From positions 1 through 24,265 of IMG/VR virus record IMGVR_UViG_3300030095_003804: DNA of 24,265 bases; one strand, given 5' to 3'. The notes beneath the pieces are model-generated. The model was not told the origin of the DNA. It did no database searches and worked only from the letters and a program-made list of their open reading frames with translations. Of this stretch, positions 16,848 through 24,265 are shown in pieces. Source of the stretch: a virus. Lineage: Duplodnaviria; Caudoviricetes. The stretch's first letter is position 1. Each line of letters starts with the position of its first letter. The position numbers were made by a program, and so were the translations under genes.

Positions 16848-17302
16848 TTGATCCATTTACAGCCTTTGCTGCCTTAAAAGCAGCTAGTGGTAGTATTTCT
16901 TCTGCTATAAAAGTAGGCAGAGATTTAACTTCAATGGGAGGTGCTGTAGCTAAGTGGGCTAAAGCTGAAGCTAGTTTACAAGTGGTTGCCAATCAAAAAC
17001 CGGGAGTCTTTGGAAAACTGACCGGTGCTGAACAGAATGCTATTGATGCTCATTTTAGAAACGAAGAAGCTAAAAGACTTCGTGATGAAATGAGGGAACT
17101 GTTTGTTCTTTACGGTTCTCCCGGTCAATGGGATAGGCTACAGTCTGAAATTGCTGCTGAACGAGCACGACAGTCTGCGGCTTTAAAAGAACAAATACGA
17201 AAAGCTAAAAAAAGAAAAAATATTATTATAGGTACTTTAGCAGGTATTTGTGGTATTGGTCTTCTTGTGTTAGAATTAATTATTTTAAAAGGAGTATTAT
17301 AA
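16844..17302 (+). CDS. Helical protein with a C-terminal transmembrane anchor
   Basis: 'KKRKNIIIGTLAGICGIGLLVLELIIL'; ATGA overlap with the previous gene. Confidence 0.7.
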   Translation: MIDPFTAFAALKAASGSISSAIKVGRDLTSMGGAVAKWAKAEASLQVVANQKPGVFGKLTGAEQNAIDAHFRNEEAKRLRDEMRELFVLYGSPGQWDRLQSEIAAERARQSAALKEQIRKAKKRKNIIIGTLAGICGIGLLVLELIILKGVL

Positions 17303-17303
17303 A

Positions 17304-17756
17304 ATGGTAATGATAAGACGTAAAACGAAAAAGAAAACTGTAACAAAAGTAAAAAAACCTAATATGGCGGGAACTTCGTCTGTTATGTCAAAAACTAAAA
17401 AGAAAACGAACAGGCCTTCAGCTTCTTCAGCTGCACAAAAAAATAGAATATTTAATAAAAGAAAACAAAGGTCTGCAAATGATCAGAATCCTTTTACATC
17501 TTCTGCAAACCCTTCTGATATACCAAGAAAAACTAGAAAAAAAAGTATAGTTGATAAAAGTAAACGAGGTGTATCCACGAAAGCTAGAAAAACCCTTAAA
17601 GATGGATTTGCTATAGGCGATCAATATGGTAAAGCTTTTGGTCTAAAAAAAGGTGGTAAAGCCAAGATGATGAAAGCCGGTGGTAAAACTACTAAGTACA
17701 TGGCTAGAGGTGGTAAAACATCTAAGTATATGTCTAAAGGTGGTAGAGCCAAGTAG
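17304..17756 (+). CDS. Lys/Arg-rich protein ending in tandem xxGG repeats
   Basis: 'LKKGGKA KMMKAGGKT TKYMARGGKT SKYMSKGGRAK'; RBS AAGGAG. Confidence 0.7.
   Translation: MVMIRRKTKKKTVTKVKKPNMAGTSSVMSKTKKKTNRPSASSAAQKNRIFNKRKQRSANDQNPFTSSANPSDIPRKTRKKSIVDKSKRGVSTKARKTLKDGFAIGDQYGKAFGLKKGGKAKMMKAGGKTTKYMARGGKTSKYMSKGGRAK
17661..17750 (+). repeat. Degenerate 30-bp (10-aa) coding tandem repeat x3
   Basis: gccaagatgatgaaagccggtggtaaaact / actaagtacatggctagaggtggtaaaaca / tctaagtatatgtctaaaggtggtagagcc. Confidence 0.85.
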
Positions 17757-18424
17757 TGTCGTATCTCATTTCTAATATCCCACACTTTAAGTGTTGGGTG
17801 AGGAAAGAGTTCACACACAACCACCAAAAGTATCAAGGAGAATTTATTCATGCCTTGGCTTTTGCAGTGAGCACTGTTCCAGACCGTTGTTTAGGATTTC
17901 AAGTGGTTTTTACAGGATGTGATGAAGGTCATCCCAATCCTCATGGTGGTGCTATGTGGGCACGAATACCAATTACGTCTTTAGTCGCAGATACTCCTTA
18001 CGATGAATGGCCTCCCAATATGCAAACACATTTAGCTCAACCTTGGGACTGTTCTAGCCGCAATCATGCCATCATTAAAATGGATCGAATTAGTTCAAGT
18101 CCGTGGTTGTGTAAAGTGGATGGAGAGCTCTATAATGGTAAATATATGTTTACGGTTGACTATACAGACAGTTACATATCTGATGATCCAGCACAACACA
18201 AACAATCACATGTGTTGGAATTAACATCAGGACCTTATAAAGGTTGCATTGTAGCTTTACCAAACAATCGTGTACGTGTATCTAATCCTGCACTATGGGT
18301 TGTTGGAGAAGGACCACCAGACTTTGTACCGTCACAGTGGGAACACTCAGCAGAACAACACGATAGTTATATGGATTGGGAAAACACATTTAATAATTTG
18401 TATTCAGATAAGGACAAAAAATGA
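17756..18424 (+). CDS. Phage hypothetical protein (His/Trp/Cys-rich globular)
   Basis: 222-aa ORF overlapping both neighbours; 'HGGAMWAR', 'QPWDC', 'YMFTVDY', 'QHKQSHV', 'ALPNNRVR'. Confidence 0.75.
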   Translation: MSYLISNIPHFKCWVRKEFTHNHQKYQGEFIHALAFAVSTVPDRCLGFQVVFTGCDEGHPNPHGGAMWARIPITSLVADTPYDEWPPNMQTHLAQPWDCSSRNHAIIKMDRISSSPWLCKVDGELYNGKYMFTVDYTDSYISDDPAQHKQSHVLELTSGPYKGCIVALPNNRVRVSNPALWVVGEGPPDFVPSQWEHSAEQHDSYMDWENTFNNLYSDKDKK

Positions 18425-18789
18425 GTGAAGAAACTAAAAAATTTAAATATAAACGAAAACCAAATCTTAAAGAAAAACTCGTTAGAAAATTTCACAAAGC
18501 AATAGGAAATGAAAATAAGTTTACTAAAGCTATTGGTTTAGAAGAAGGAGAATTGGTTGACAAACAAGCCGAGGCATATAATAAAATTTTTGGTCGGGAT
18601 ATGTTTATTGAGAGGGCAAAAGAACTAGATAACTTAGAAAAATTTGGGACACGTCCAAACTTAATGCAATTAAATAAAAGAAAGAAAAAAAATAAAGACT
18701 CTAAAGCTGGTGGTGGTAAAGTAGGTAGTAAATTTTTTACTGGTGGTTCTGTTCATGCCTCATTCGGCAAAGAGTTTGACGATAGGTAA
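18421..18789 (+). CDS. Basic hypothetical protein ending in GG motifs
   Basis: 'SKAGGGKV..KFFTGGSV'; ATGA overlap. Confidence 0.65.
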   Translation: MSEETKKFKYKRKPNLKEKLVRKFHKAIGNENKFTKAIGLEEGELVDKQAEAYNKIFGRDMFIERAKELDNLEKFGTRPNLMQLNKRKKKNKDSKAGGGKVGSKFFTGGSVHASFGKEFDDR

Positions 18790-18791
18790 AC

Positions 18792-19484
18792 ATGGGAACT
18801 TCTGGAACAACAGCTTTTAATTTAGATGTAGCCGACGTAATCGAAGAAGCATTTTCTATGATTGGTGGTGAACAGGCTTTAGGGTTTGAACCCATTGAAG
18901 CTAGACGAACTTTAAATCTATTGCTTATTGATTGGATGAATCGTGGTATCTTGTTATGGAAACAAAACATTGCCACTCTAGATATTACGGCGGGAACCGA
19001 AAGTTATACATTACCAACATCATTAATTGACATTACTGAAATTGTACATAGAACAGTTGATGGTACGACAACAACGGATCTAGCTTTAACAAGAATTAGT
19101 ATGGAAGAATATATAAGATTAACATCTAAGTCTCAGCAAAGTCGTCCTACTCAATATGCAATTAATAGACTAAGAGATGCTGCTCAGTTGTATCTATGGC
19201 CAACACCTAATGCAACGACAACAAGTGGTACTCCTATTCTTCAATATTTTAGTTTTAACAAAGTAGAAGACATCAATAAATCAAATGAAGATGTTGATAT
19301 ACCGTTTCGTTTTCTACCCTGTTTAGCAACAGGACTTGCTTATAAAATGTCTATTAAAAGAGAGGGCATTACAGCCGACCGAGCAGTCATGTTAAAACAG
19401 ATGTATGAAGAAGAATTAACTTCAGCAATGTATGCAGATAAAGAACGTGCTAGTCTTTTGATTAAGCCGTCCTTTAGGTTATAA
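18792..19484 (+). CDS. Head-tail adaptor/connector-like protein
   Basis: 'TSGTTAFNLDVADVIEEAF', 'ARRTLNLLLIDW.NRG', 'RPTQY', 'LYLWPTP', 'DIPFRFLPCL..GLAY'. Confidence 0.68.
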   Translation: MGTSGTTAFNLDVADVIEEAFSMIGGEQALGFEPIEARRTLNLLLIDWMNRGILLWKQNIATLDITAGTESYTLPTSLIDITEIVHRTVDGTTTTDLALTRISMEEYIRLTSKSQQSRPTQYAINRLRDAAQLYLWPTPNATTTSGTPILQYFSFNKVEDINKSNEDVDIPFRFLPCLATGLAYKMSIKREGITADRAVMLKQMYEEELTSAMYADKERASLLIKPSFRL

Positions 19485-19492
19485 TCAAGATT

Positions 19493-19765
19493 ATGGCAAA
19501 AGGTAAATATGCATATTTTATCTGTGACCGATCTGGATTTAGGTTTAAATATTCTGAAAGAATACGAGAACCATCTGGACTGATTGTCGGTGCTTCTGAG
19601 ACTGATGGACGATATAATATAATTGATCATCCACAAAATCATTCTCCGAATGTTTCTGATAATCAAAACTTACGGGATGCTCGTCCAAATCTACCAGTAT
19701 TAGCAACAACTGGAGATGCAGGATGGACTCCAGACGATTCAACTTTTACTAAACGAGGTAACTAA
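19493..19765 (+). CDS. Small protein of the neck region
   Basis: 'GKYAYFICDRSGFRFKY', 'HPQ', 'LRDARP'. Confidence 0.65.
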   Translation: MAKGKYAYFICDRSGFRFKYSERIREPSGLIVGASETDGRYNIIDHPQNHSPNVSDNQNLRDARPNLPVLATTGDAGWTPDDSTFTKRGN

Positions 19766-19767
19766 CT

Positions 19768-20205
19768 ATGGCCATTACACAAGCTGTCTGTAATTCTTTT
19801 AAAACAGAAGTATTACAAGAAGGACATAATCTAAAAACCGATACAATAAAGATTGCATTGTTTACAAGTGCAGCTTCTTTATCTGCCGGCACAACTGCTT
19901 ATTCTACAAGTAACGAAGTAGTATCAAGTGGTTCTTATGCTCCGGGTGGAGGAACTCTTGCAGGTGCAACTATTTCATTAGGAGCTACATCAGCTTCGGG
20001 TGGTACAGCTATTATTGATTTTACAGATAAGTCTTTTACAAGTACAACATTCTCAGTTAGAGGAGCTTTAATTTATAATTCATCCAACAGTAATAAAGCT
20101 ATTGCTGTGTTAAATTTTGGGTCTGATAAAGTATCGACTAACGGTACATTTACAATATCATTCCCGGCTGCTGCTGCATCAACTGCTATTATTACACTTT
20201 CTTAA
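19768..20205 (+). CDS. Virion structural (tail-associated) protein
   Basis: 'MAITQAVCNSFK', 'KIALFTS', 'RGALIYN', 'VLNFGSDK..TNGTFTISFP'; RBS GAGG. Confidence 0.7.
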   Translation: MAITQAVCNSFKTEVLQEGHNLKTDTIKIALFTSAASLSAGTTAYSTSNEVVSSGSYAPGGGTLAGATISLGATSASGGTAIIDFTDKSFTSTTFSVRGALIYNSSNSNKAIAVLNFGSDKVSTNGTFTISFPAAAASTAIITLS

Positions 20206-20222
20206 TTTACAGGCTTTAAATA

Positions 20223-21206
20223 ATGTCTGTGGTTACAAGTGGATACAGTAGAAATGCATATGGTACCGGTGCTTGGAATAGAAGTGTCGTTGATCAATCT
20301 GTATCAGCTACACGAGTAAGTTTGCAATCTACAGTTCGTTCTGTAGGTATCTCGATTGCAGGCACTCATTTTGTCACCGGCAATAATATAACGTCAACCG
20401 TTCGTTCTGTTGCTATATCAATTGACTCACCTGTACAAGTAACCGGAACACCGATTAGCTTTACTCAAAGAAATGCAACTGTTAATCTGGTACAAACGGT
20501 TAATGCTACACGAGCACCCGTTAGTTTTGTAAGTCGTTCAGCCGAAGCTATTATTGGAGCTTTTGGAAAACCGACTTCACTGTCATCAAGCTTAACAGTA
20601 AGAAATGTAACAGCTGTATCGGGTCCGTTTGTAAATGTTACAAGAGTTCCTGTGTCATTTACACTAAGAAACACGGCTCAAGGAGCAGGAGCTAACGTCG
20701 TATTTTACCCAGCTAAAACATTTAAAGTTACAGTAAAAAGTGTAGGAGGAGCTAACAAATACTTTATTGATGGAAAACAACAATATGGACTTAACTTATT
20801 TAAACGAAACAATTTATATATCTTTGACCAATCTGACAGCACAAATTCTGGGCATCCTTTACGACTCAGTTTAACATCAAACGGCACTCATAGTGGAGGT
20901 GATCCTTTTACAGCTAATGTACAAACAGTTGGCACACCGGGATCAGCTGGAGCTTATACTTCAGTATTTGTTTTGGTAGACGGTCCAACAAGTTTATACT
21001 ATTATTGTTCAAGTCACTCTGGCATGGGAGGAGCTTTAAATTTCCAACCTGCAATAATTGGAGGACTCGGATCTTTAGGAATAGCTGGAGATAGTAATTT
21101 AGTTGCAACTGGTGTATCAGCTAGATTTAGTGTTAGAGTAAGAGGTATATGGACACCGAAGGTATTTGGTGGTACAAACGAAATATGGAAAGCTAAACGA
21201 TTATGA
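20223..21206 (+). CDS. Ser/Thr/Val-rich virion protein with an inserted cupredoxin-like domain
   Basis: Repetitive beta-strand shaft, then 'KYFIDG...FDQSDSTNSGHPLRLS...LYYYCSSHSGMGG'. Confidence 0.7.
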   Translation: MSVVTSGYSRNAYGTGAWNRSVVDQSVSATRVSLQSTVRSVGISIAGTHFVTGNNITSTVRSVAISIDSPVQVTGTPISFTQRNATVNLVQTVNATRAPVSFVSRSAEAIIGAFGKPTSLSSSLTVRNVTAVSGPFVNVTRVPVSFTLRNTAQGAGANVVFYPAKTFKVTVKSVGGANKYFIDGKQQYGLNLFKRNNLYIFDQSDSTNSGHPLRLSLTSNGTHSGGDPFTANVQTVGTPGSAGAYTSVFVLVDGPTSLYYYCSSHSGMGGALNFQPAIIGGLGSLGIAGDSNLVATGVSARFSVRVRGIWTPKVFGGTNEIWKAKRL

Positions 21207-21862
21207 GCACAACATACAATTTATTAGTTAATAGAATTAAAGTAACATCTGAAAATGATGAACCTGATTTTAATGCAGAGATACAACATTTTATATCGAG
21301 AGCAGAAGCTCGATTAATACGAGAGATTGACAGCTATGGAGTTGTTCAATATTCAACCTCTAATTTAACTAGTGGTGATCCTTTTATAACCAAACCTAAC
21401 AATACATTAATTATTAAAAATTTAAATATAGTACGAGATGGAACTCGAATTAATCTATTACAAAAAACAGATGAGTTTCTAAATGATTACTGGCCACAAA
21501 GAACAAGCACAGGCATTCCAAGATATTATGCTAACTTTGGATTTGATCGATTATTAATAGCTCCAACTCCTGTATCAGCTTTTAATTGTGAGATGTCTTA
21601 CATCGTTCAACCCACGGCTGCAACGTCAGTTCACCAAGAGAATTTCTTTACCGAATATTGTTCTAATGGTTTGTTCTATGCTAGTATGAAGGAAGCTTGT
21701 ATGTTTATGAAAAATTATACAGGTTCTCAGGCATGGGAACAAGAATATCAAAGAGCCTTTACTGATTTATTAAATGAGTCTAGGAGAACAAGACAAGATG
21801 ATATGAGAAATAATGCATCTCCTGCCGGAGGAGATAACACATTAGTAAAAGGAAGTAATTAA
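21203..21862 (+). CDS. Second adaptor/neck-like protein
   Basis: 'FISRAEARLIRE', 'GIPRYYA', 'LIAPTP', 'LFYASM.EA..FMK'; shares the PxxY...PTP pattern with 18792-19484. Confidence 0.65.
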   Translation: MSTTYNLLVNRIKVTSENDEPDFNAEIQHFISRAEARLIREIDSYGVVQYSTSNLTSGDPFITKPNNTLIIKNLNIVRDGTRINLLQKTDEFLNDYWPQRTSTGIPRYYANFGFDRLLIAPTPVSAFNCEMSYIVQPTAATSVHQENFFTEYCSNGLFYASMKEACMFMKNYTGSQAWEQEYQRAFTDLLNESRRTRQDDMRNNASPAGGDNTLVKGSN

Positions 21863-21864
21863 TT

Positions 21865-22803
21865 ATGTCTAGTAGTTATTCAACACGATTAAGATTAGAA
21901 AAACAAGGTGATGGTGATAATGCTAACACTTGGGGTGCTCGTTTAAATACCAATGTTATCGACATGGTAGATGAGGCTGTAGGTGGTGTTGTTATTGTTA
22001 GTACAACAGGAGGCAGTACAACTTTATCAGCAAACGATGGATCGGCTGATCAATCAAGAAATGCAGTATTAAGATTTGAGGGAACACTAGGTTCAGCAGC
22101 AACCATTATAATACCGTCAGCCGAAAAAACATATTATGTAGATAATGCAACATCAGGTGCTTATGCTTTAACCTTACGTACTGCTGTAACTAATGCAGGA
22201 ACAGCCGTGCCACAAGGTGGTAAAATGGCAATCTATTCAAACGGAGTCAACACAAGAGCAGCTTTAGATAATACAGGTATTGGGTCTTATCCATCAACAG
22301 GTGGTACAATTAACGGTAACGTAAAAGTTTCCGGTACAGTTACAGCTACGAGTTATACTGGATCAAGAATAACAGTAACAAGTATTGGTGCTTCTACTAT
22401 TGACACAACGAATCTATTTGCAACAACAGCTTTAGTTGTAAGTGCTACGACAGCAAAAGGTAAACAACTGAGATTAACAGGAGCTGCAATTGCTGACATT
22501 GTTTCATTAACGGATGCAACATCCATAACAGTTAACCTTAACGATGCTCAAAACTTTGAAGTAAAACTTGGAGGCTCTAGAACATTAGCTGCTCCAACCA
22601 ATGTTCAAGCTGGACAGACAGGATCCTTCTTTATTGTTCAAGACGGTACTGGATCAAGGACTTTATCATTTAATTCAATTTATGATTTCCCGGCGGCTAC
22701 GGCTCCAACGTTATCAACAAGTGCAGATGCTGTTGATCGTTTGGACTACATTGTCCGTACCAGTTCTTCAATACATATGGTCGCATCCTTAAACGTAAGT
22801 TAG
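21865..22803 (+). CDS. Tail fibre/appendage protein
   Basis: N-terminal 'YSTRLRLE..G.G....TWG', Thr/Gly-rich shaft, C-terminal 'GQTGSFFIVQDGTGSRTLSF...PTLST....VDRLDY'. Confidence 0.72.
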   Translation: MSSSYSTRLRLEKQGDGDNANTWGARLNTNVIDMVDEAVGGVVIVSTTGGSTTLSANDGSADQSRNAVLRFEGTLGSAATIIIPSAEKTYYVDNATSGAYALTLRTAVTNAGTAVPQGGKMAIYSNGVNTRAALDNTGIGSYPSTGGTINGNVKVSGTVTATSYTGSRITVTSIGASTIDTTNLFATTALVVSATTAKGKQLRLTGAAIADIVSLTDATSITVNLNDAQNFEVKLGGSRTLAAPTNVQAGQTGSFFIVQDGTGSRTLSFNSIYDFPAATAPTLSTSADAVDRLDYIVRTSSSIHMVASLNVS

Positions 22804-22810
22804 GAAACAC

Positions 22811-24244
22811 ATGGTATTTAGTAATACATTATTAGCTGGCTCTTCTGCACAAGGAGGTAGTGTACATTCAATAGACCAATCAATTAGATTTAATAATGAT
22901 GATGATGCTTATATGTCAAGAACTCAAGACACAGCAGATAGTAAAAGAAAATTAACTTTTTCTTGGTGGATGAAAATAGGTTCATCTACAGGTACAGAAA
23001 GATGCATAATTTCAGCAGGTGCAAGTTCACGATTTATGGTTAGATTTAATACAAGTGATAAACTTACATTTAGATTAACAAATGGAACAACTGAAAAAAC
23101 AATGACAACTGATATGGTGTTTAGAGATAATAGTGCATGGTATCACTGTGTATGGTCACCAGATTGTACTGGGGGTATAAGTAGTGATTTTTCAAAATTT
23201 TATGTAAATGGTGCAAGAGTTACAATGACAGGAACACAGCCAAGTGCAGATACTGATTTTGCAGGATATGGTGATGGTTCAACAATGGCTATATCATCTC
23301 TTGCCCATTCATTAAGTGTACAAGAGTTTGATGGATATTTAGCTGAAATGGTTTTAATTGATGGAACTGCACTAGACCCATCTAGCTTTGGTGAATACAA
23401 CTCATCTAATATTTGGATTCCCAAAGATGTAAGTGGTTTAACATTTGGTACTAATGGTTTTCATATTGATGGTAGAGATGCATCTGATTTAGGAGATGAT
23501 GAGTCTGGAAATGGTAATGATTTCACAACAAGTGGTCTTGCAACACATGACCAAATGGCAGATACACCTTCCAATAATCATGCAGTGATGAATCTTCTTG
23601 ATACTCGTACCACTGCTAACTGGACTGCAAGTAATGGAAATTTAGATGTATACTGGCAAGGAAATAGTTATCCTAATCCATTATTTTCTACTCTTTCCAT
23701 GCCAGCAACAGGTAAATGGTATTTTGAAATAGAATTTGATACAGATGGTTCTGGTAATGTTCTTACTAATCAAAATATGCGAATTGGATTAATGAGAGAA
23801 GATATTAATGCTGCCTATGTTGAAGCAAATGCATCAACAGATTTAACTACCAGTTCAACTTCACCTGAAATTATTGTTGTTTTAGGTAATGCAGGAAACT
23901 CTTGTCAACTTAAAGGCATGGGTAGTGACATTTATAATGTTGGAGGAAGTATATCAGCAGGAGATAGAATTAATTTTGCAAGAGAGGGTGCTAATTTATG
24001 GATTGGTAAAAATGGTACTTATTATAATAGTGGTAATCCTGCAACGGGTTCTAATCCAACTTTATCAAATTTACAGTTAGAAGGGTATAGAGCCAATATG
24101 CATTGGTCAACTGGTAATACAAGTGCAAATTGTATCGTAAAAGCATACTTTGGTGCAGATAAATCTATTGGCAGTGGTACTGGATTTAACGATACAGTTC
24201 CAAGTGGTTTTTTAGCATTGAACACAACAAACTTAGGAAGTTAA
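22811..24244 (+). CDS. Tail/receptor-binding protein with LamG/ConA-like and SPRY-like domains
   Basis: 'SIRFN', 'TFSWWMK', 'FRDNSAWYHCV', 'FDGYLAE...IDG.AL', 'FGTNGF', 'DTPSNN', 'TGKWYFE', 'WIGKNG', 'PSGFLALNTTNL'. Confidence 0.78.
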   Translation: MVFSNTLLAGSSAQGGSVHSIDQSIRFNNDDDAYMSRTQDTADSKRKLTFSWWMKIGSSTGTERCIISAGASSRFMVRFNTSDKLTFRLTNGTTEKTMTTDMVFRDNSAWYHCVWSPDCTGGISSDFSKFYVNGARVTMTGTQPSADTDFAGYGDGSTMAISSLAHSLSVQEFDGYLAEMVLIDGTALDPSSFGEYNSSNIWIPKDVSGLTFGTNGFHIDGRDASDLGDDESGNGNDFTTSGLATHDQMADTPSNNHAVMNLLDTRTTANWTASNGNLDVYWQGNSYPNPLFSTLSMPATGKWYFEIEFDTDGSGNVLTNQNMRIGLMREDINAAYVEANASTDLTTSSTSPEIIVVLGNAGNSCQLKGMGSDIYNVGGSISAGDRINFAREGANLWIGKNGTYYNSGNPATGSNPTLSNLQLEGYRANMHWSTGNTSANCIVKAYFGADKSIGSGTGFNDTVPSGFLALNTTNLGS

Positions 24245-24245
24245 T

Positions 24246-24265
24246 ATGGGTACACCAACAATTAT
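24246..24265 (+). CDS. Start of the next tail gene (MGTPTI..., truncated)
   Basis: ATG 1 nt after the upstream stop; AGGA upstream. Confidence 0.5.

Larger units (their letters stand above)
1..24265. mobile_element. Tailed dsDNA bacteriophage genome segment (early cassette, packaging, head and tail modules)
   Basis: Collinear TerS-HNH-TerL-portal-GroES-scaffold-capsid-adaptor-tail genes, dense overlapping ORFs, no host housekeeping genes. Confidence 0.95.

Noticed and set aside
2105-24225. Short alternative-frame and antisense ORFs in the track (e.g. 2105-2314, 3330-3551, 3756-3989, 6157-6360, 6983-7255, 9732-9941, 13205-13423, 14545-14775, 16642-16851, 19340-19666, 20465-21108, 22601-22792, 23200-23424, 23889-24225)
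   Set aside because: They lie within or opposite well-supported genes and show no recognisable motifs; most likely shadow ORFs
1-24265. Stop-codon reassignment, introns or inteins in terL, portal or MCP
   Set aside because: Standard-code ORFs tile the window densely; core genes are uninterrupted and no intein splice motifs were seen

Overview
The window is part of an AT-rich tailed dsDNA phage genome. Its gene order resembles uncultured marine or freshwater phages with a P22-like portal (inference from recognisable motifs; no database search was run). Bases 1-1342 are a very AT-rich leftward cassette, probably early: a small acidic protein, an ArdC-like antirestriction protein and a truncated gene. 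Bases 1343-1868 are a non-coding control region with direct repeats, two palindromes matching the alphaproteobacterial Irr iron-control element, and G-tracts. Two leftward SAM methyltransferases follow, then back-to-back sigma70-like promoters and a candidate ~120-nt structured RNA. The rest is a long rightward morphogenesis region. It holds TerS, HNH, TerL, a portal fused to a pesticin-like muramidase, and an inserted enzyme cassette (2OG-Fe dioxygenase, Zn-ribbon, FkbM methyltransferase, sulfotransferase). GroES, scaffold, decoration and major capsid genes come next, then small basic proteins sharing a di-glycine motif, adaptors and tail proteins (one with a cupredoxin-like domain, one LamG+SPRY). 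Main leads: the portal-muramidase fusion, the tandem Irr-like boxes, the candidate sRNA complementary to the first early gene's RBS, the shared di-glycine motif, and the hydroxylation/methylation/sulfation enzyme set.
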